DNA from: the human T2T-CHM13v2.0 reference genome, Homo sapiens
Length of the DNA: 64,000 bases
Reading direction: 5' to 3' (one strand)
NCBI RefSeq assembly: GCF_009914755.1
Contig: NC_060939.1
Both the position numbers and the translations under genes were made by a program. How positions within the stretch are numbered: the first letter of the stretch is position 1; each line of letters opens with the position of its first letter. Shown here one piece after another: positions 59,302 through 64,000 of this stretch. The notes under the pieces were generated by a model. That model saw only the letters and a program-made list of their open reading frames with translations, was not told the origin of the DNA and did not search any database.

Positions 59302-62300
59302 AAAACTGCTCAATGAAATAAAGGTTCAACTCTGTGACATGAATGCACAAATCAGAAAGAAGTTTCTCAGACTATTTCTGAATCGTTTTTATGTGAAGAT
59401 ATTTCCTTTTCCACCATTGGCCTCAAAGCTCTCCAAATCTCCACATGCAGATTCTAAAAAAAGAGTGTTTCAAAGCTGCTCAATCAAAAGAAAGGTTCAA
59501 CACTCTGAGATGAATGCACACGTCTCAAAGAAGTTTCTCAGAATGCTTCTGTCTAGTTTTTATGTGAAGATATTTCCTTTTCCACCATTGGCCTCAAAAC
59601 ACTCCAAATGTCCTCTTGCAGATTCTATGAAAAGAGTGTTTCAAAGCTGCTGAATCAAAAGAAATGTTCAACTCTGTGATATGAATGCATCCATCACAAA
59701 GAAGTTTCTCAAAATGCTTCTGTCTAGTTTTTATTTGAAGATATTTCCTTTTACACCATAGGCCTCAAAAAGCTCCAAATGTAAACATCCAGATCATACA
59801 AAAAAAGTTTTTCCAAACTGCTCCATCAAAAGAACAGTTCAACTCTGTGAGATGAATGCACACATCACAAAGAATTTTCTCTGAATGATTCTGTCTAGTT
59901 TTTATGTGAATATATTTTCTTTTCCACCATAGGACTCTAAGCGCTCCAAATGTCCAATTCTAGATGCTACAAAAAGAGTGTTTCAAAGCTGCTGAATCAA
60001 AAGAAAGGTTCAACTCTGTGAGATGAATGCACACATCACAAAGAAGTTTCTGAGAATGCTTCCGTCTAGTTCTTAAGTGAAGATGGTTCCTTTTCCACCA
60101 TTGGTCACAAAGCACCCCAAATGTCCACTTCCGGATTCCACAAAAAGAGAGTTTCCAAACTACTCAATCAAAAGAAAGGTTCACCTCAGTGAGATGAATG
60201 CACACATCACAAAGATATTTGCCAGAATGCTTCTGTCTAGTCTTTATATGAAGATATTTCCTTTTCCACCATAGACCCCAAAGGGCTGCAAATGTCCACT
60301 TGCAGATCCTACAGAAAGAGTGTTTCAAAATTGCTCAATCAAAAGAAAGGTTCAACTCTGTGAGATGAATGCACATTTCACAAAGAAGTTTCTCAGAATT
60401 TTTCTGTCAGGTTCTTAAGTGTAGATATTTCCTTTTCCACCACAGGACTCAAAGCTCTCCAAATGTCCACTTGCAGATTCTACAAAAAGAGTTTCCAAAC
60501 CACTCTATCAAAGAAAATTTCAACACTGTGAGATAAATGCACATATTACAAAGAAGTTTCTCAGAATGCTTGTGTCTAGTTATTATGTGAAGATATTACC
60601 TTTTCAACAATAGGCCTCAAAGCGCTCCAAATTTCCACATGCAGATTCTACAAAAAGAGTGTTTCAAAGCTGCTCAATCAAAAGCAAGCTTCAACTCTGT
60701 GAGATGAATGCTCACATCACAAAGCAATTTCTCAGAATGCTTCTGTCCAGTTTTTAGGTGAAGATATTTCCTTTTCCAGCATAGGCGTCAAAACGCTCCA
60801 AATGTCCACTTACAGATCCCACAAAAATAGTCTTTCAAAACTGCTCAATCAAAACAAAGGTTCACCTCTGTGAGATGAATGCACACATCACAAAGAATAT
60901 TCTCAGAATGGTTCTGTCTAGTGTTTATGTGCAGATATTTCCTTTTCCACCATAGTCCTCAAAGCGCTCCAAATGTCCAATTGCAAATCCTACAAAAAGA
61001 GTGTTTCAAAACTGCTCAATCGAAGGTAGGGTTCAACTCTGTGAGGTGAATTCTCACATCACAAAAAAGTCTGTCAGAATGCTTCTGTCTAGTTTTCATA
61101 TGAAGATGTTTCCTTTTCCACCGTCGGCCTCAAGGCGCTCCAAATGTCCACATGAGGGTTCTATAAAGAGTGTTTCCAAACTGCTCAAGCAAAAGAAATG
61201 TTCATCTCTGTGATATGAAAGCACACATCACAAAGAAGTTTGTCAGAATGCTTCTGTCTAGTTTTCATGTATAAATGTTTCCTTTTCCACCATAGGCCGC
61301 AAAGCGCTCCAAATGTCCACTTGCAGATTCTACAAAAAGATTGTTTCAAAACTGCTCAATGAAAAGAAAGTTTCAACTCTGTGAGATGAACGCACACATC
61401 ACAAAGCAGTTTCTCAGAATGCTTCTGTCTAGTTCTTAAATGAAGATATTTCCCATTCCACCACAGGACTCAAAGGGCTCCCAATGTCCACTTGCAGATT
61501 CTACAAAAAGAGTGTTTAAACCTGCTTAATCAAAAGAAATGTTCAACCCTGTGAGATGAATGCACACAACACAAAGGATTTTCTCTGAATGATTCTGTCT
61601 AGTTTTCATGTGAACATATTTCCTTTTAAGCCATAGGCTTCAAAGCGCTTCAAATGTACACTTGCAGATTCCACAAAAAGAGTTTTTCAAAACTGCTCAA
61701 TGAAAAGAAAGGTTCAAATCTGTGAGAAGAATGCACACATAACAAAGAAGTTTATCAGAATGTTTCTGTATAGTTTTTATGTGAAGGTATTTCCTTTTCC
61801 ACCATAGGCCTCAAAGAGCTCCAAATGTCCACATGCAGATTCTACAAAGAGTGTTTCAAAGCTGCTCAATCAAAAGAAAGGTTCAACTCTGTGAGATGAA
61901 TCCACACATCTCAGTGAAGTTTTTCAGAATGTTTCTGTATAGTTTCTATGTGAAGATATTTCCTTTTCCACCATTGCCTCAAAGCGCCAAAAATGTCCAC
62001 TTGCAGGTACTATAAAAAGAGTGTTTCAAAGTTGCTCAATCAAAAGAAAGTTGAAACTCTGTGAGATGAATGCATATATCACATATAAGTTTCTCAGAAT
62101 GCTTCTGTATAGTTTTGTGTGAAGATATTTCCCTTTCCACCACAGGCCTCAAAGCTCTCCAAATGTCCACTTGCAGATTCTACAAAAAGAGTGTTTCAAA
62201 ACTGCTCAATCGAAAGTAAGGTTCAACTCTTTGAGATGAATACAGCCATCACAAATAAGCTTGTCAGAATGCTTTTGTCTAGTTTTTATGTGAAGATATT

Positions 62301-63229
62301 TCCTTTTCCACCATCGGCTGCAAAGCGCTCCAAATGTCCACTTGCAGATTCTACAAAAAGAGAGTTTCTAAACTACTCAATCAAAAGAAAGGTTCAACTC
62401 TGTGAGATGAATGCACACATCACAAAGAAGTTACTCAGCATACTTCTGTCTACTTCTTACGTGAAGATATTACCTTTTCCACCTTAGGCCCCAAAGCACT
62501 CCTAATGTGCTCTTACAGATTCTACAAAAAGAGAATTTCCAAACTACTCAATCAAAAGAAAGGTTCAACTGTGTTAGATGAATGCACACATCACAAAGTA
62601 ATTGGTCAGAACGCTTCTGTCTAGTTTTTATGTGAACATATTTCCATATTTCCTTTTCAACCATAGGCCTCAAATCGCTTCAAATGTACAATTGCACATT
62701 CCACAAAAAGAGTTTTTCAAAACTGCTCAATGAAAAGAAAGGTTCAACTCTATGAGATGAATGCACACATCACTAAGAAGTTTGTCAGAATGTTTCTGTA
62801 TAGTTTTTATACGAAGATATTTCCTTTTCCACTATAGGCCTCAAAGCGCTCCAAATGTCCACATGCAGATTCTACAAAAAGAGTTTTTCAAAGCTGCTCA
62901 ATCAGAAGAAATGCTCAACGCTATGACATGAATGCACACATCACAAAGAAGTTTCTCAGAATTCTTCTGTCTAGTTTTTATGTGAAGATATTTCCTTTTC
63001 CACTATAGGCCGCAAAGTTCTCCAAATGTCCACTTGCAGATTCTACAAAAAGAGTGTTTCCAAACTGCTCAATCAAAAGATAGGTTCTACTCTGTGAGAT
63101 GAACTCACACATCACAAAGAAATTTCTCAGAATTCTTCCGTCTAGTTTTTATGTAAATATATTTCCTTTTCCACAATAATTCTCAAAGCCCTCCAAATGT
63201 CCACTTGCAGATTCTACAACAAGAATGTT

Positions 63230-63233
<4 letters not shown>
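59302..63233 (-). repeat. Old monomeric alpha satellite (same class as 54931-56699)
   Basis: 171-bp A-type monomers with no CENP-B boxes; shares private multi-monomer patterns with 54931-56699. Confidence 0.85.

Positions 63234-64000
<767 letters not shown>

Overview
This is primate centromeric/pericentromeric DNA, most likely human. It contains no host protein-coding or RNA genes, and the short ORFs in the track are artefacts of a 171-bp repeat. About 92% is alpha satellite, all in one orientation (CENP-B box reads on the - strand). Left to right it forms an age-layered series. (i) 1-~13.1 kb: edge of a homogeneous, CENP-B-box-rich SF2-type higher-order repeat (HOR), an 11-mer backbone plus a 4-mer subunit giving 14/15/19-mer variants; resembles chr15 D15Z3, not verified. 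(ii) To ~24.5 kb: divergent SF2 monomers, overlapped by a near-perfect 4,937-bp tandem duplication across the HOR boundary. (iii) To ~33.3 kb: irregular R1/R2 (SF5-like) monomers. (iv) To ~35.4 kb: a short SF4-like block. (v) To 63.2 kb: older CENP-B-box-free dimeric, then monomeric, layers. Three L1 loci interrupt the old layers. The first is a young L1HS-Ta with a twin-priming inversion, a 16-bp TSD and a 58-bp 3' transduction. The second is an unusual two-tailed structure of two different L1PA 3' ends fused 5'-to-5'. The third is a tail-less L1 fragment running off the window end. I found no evidence of a new gene system; the most notable items are the L1 structures and the duplication/conversion record in the satellite. 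Layer boundaries are approximate (about one monomer), and family names come from recalled consensus features, not alignment.
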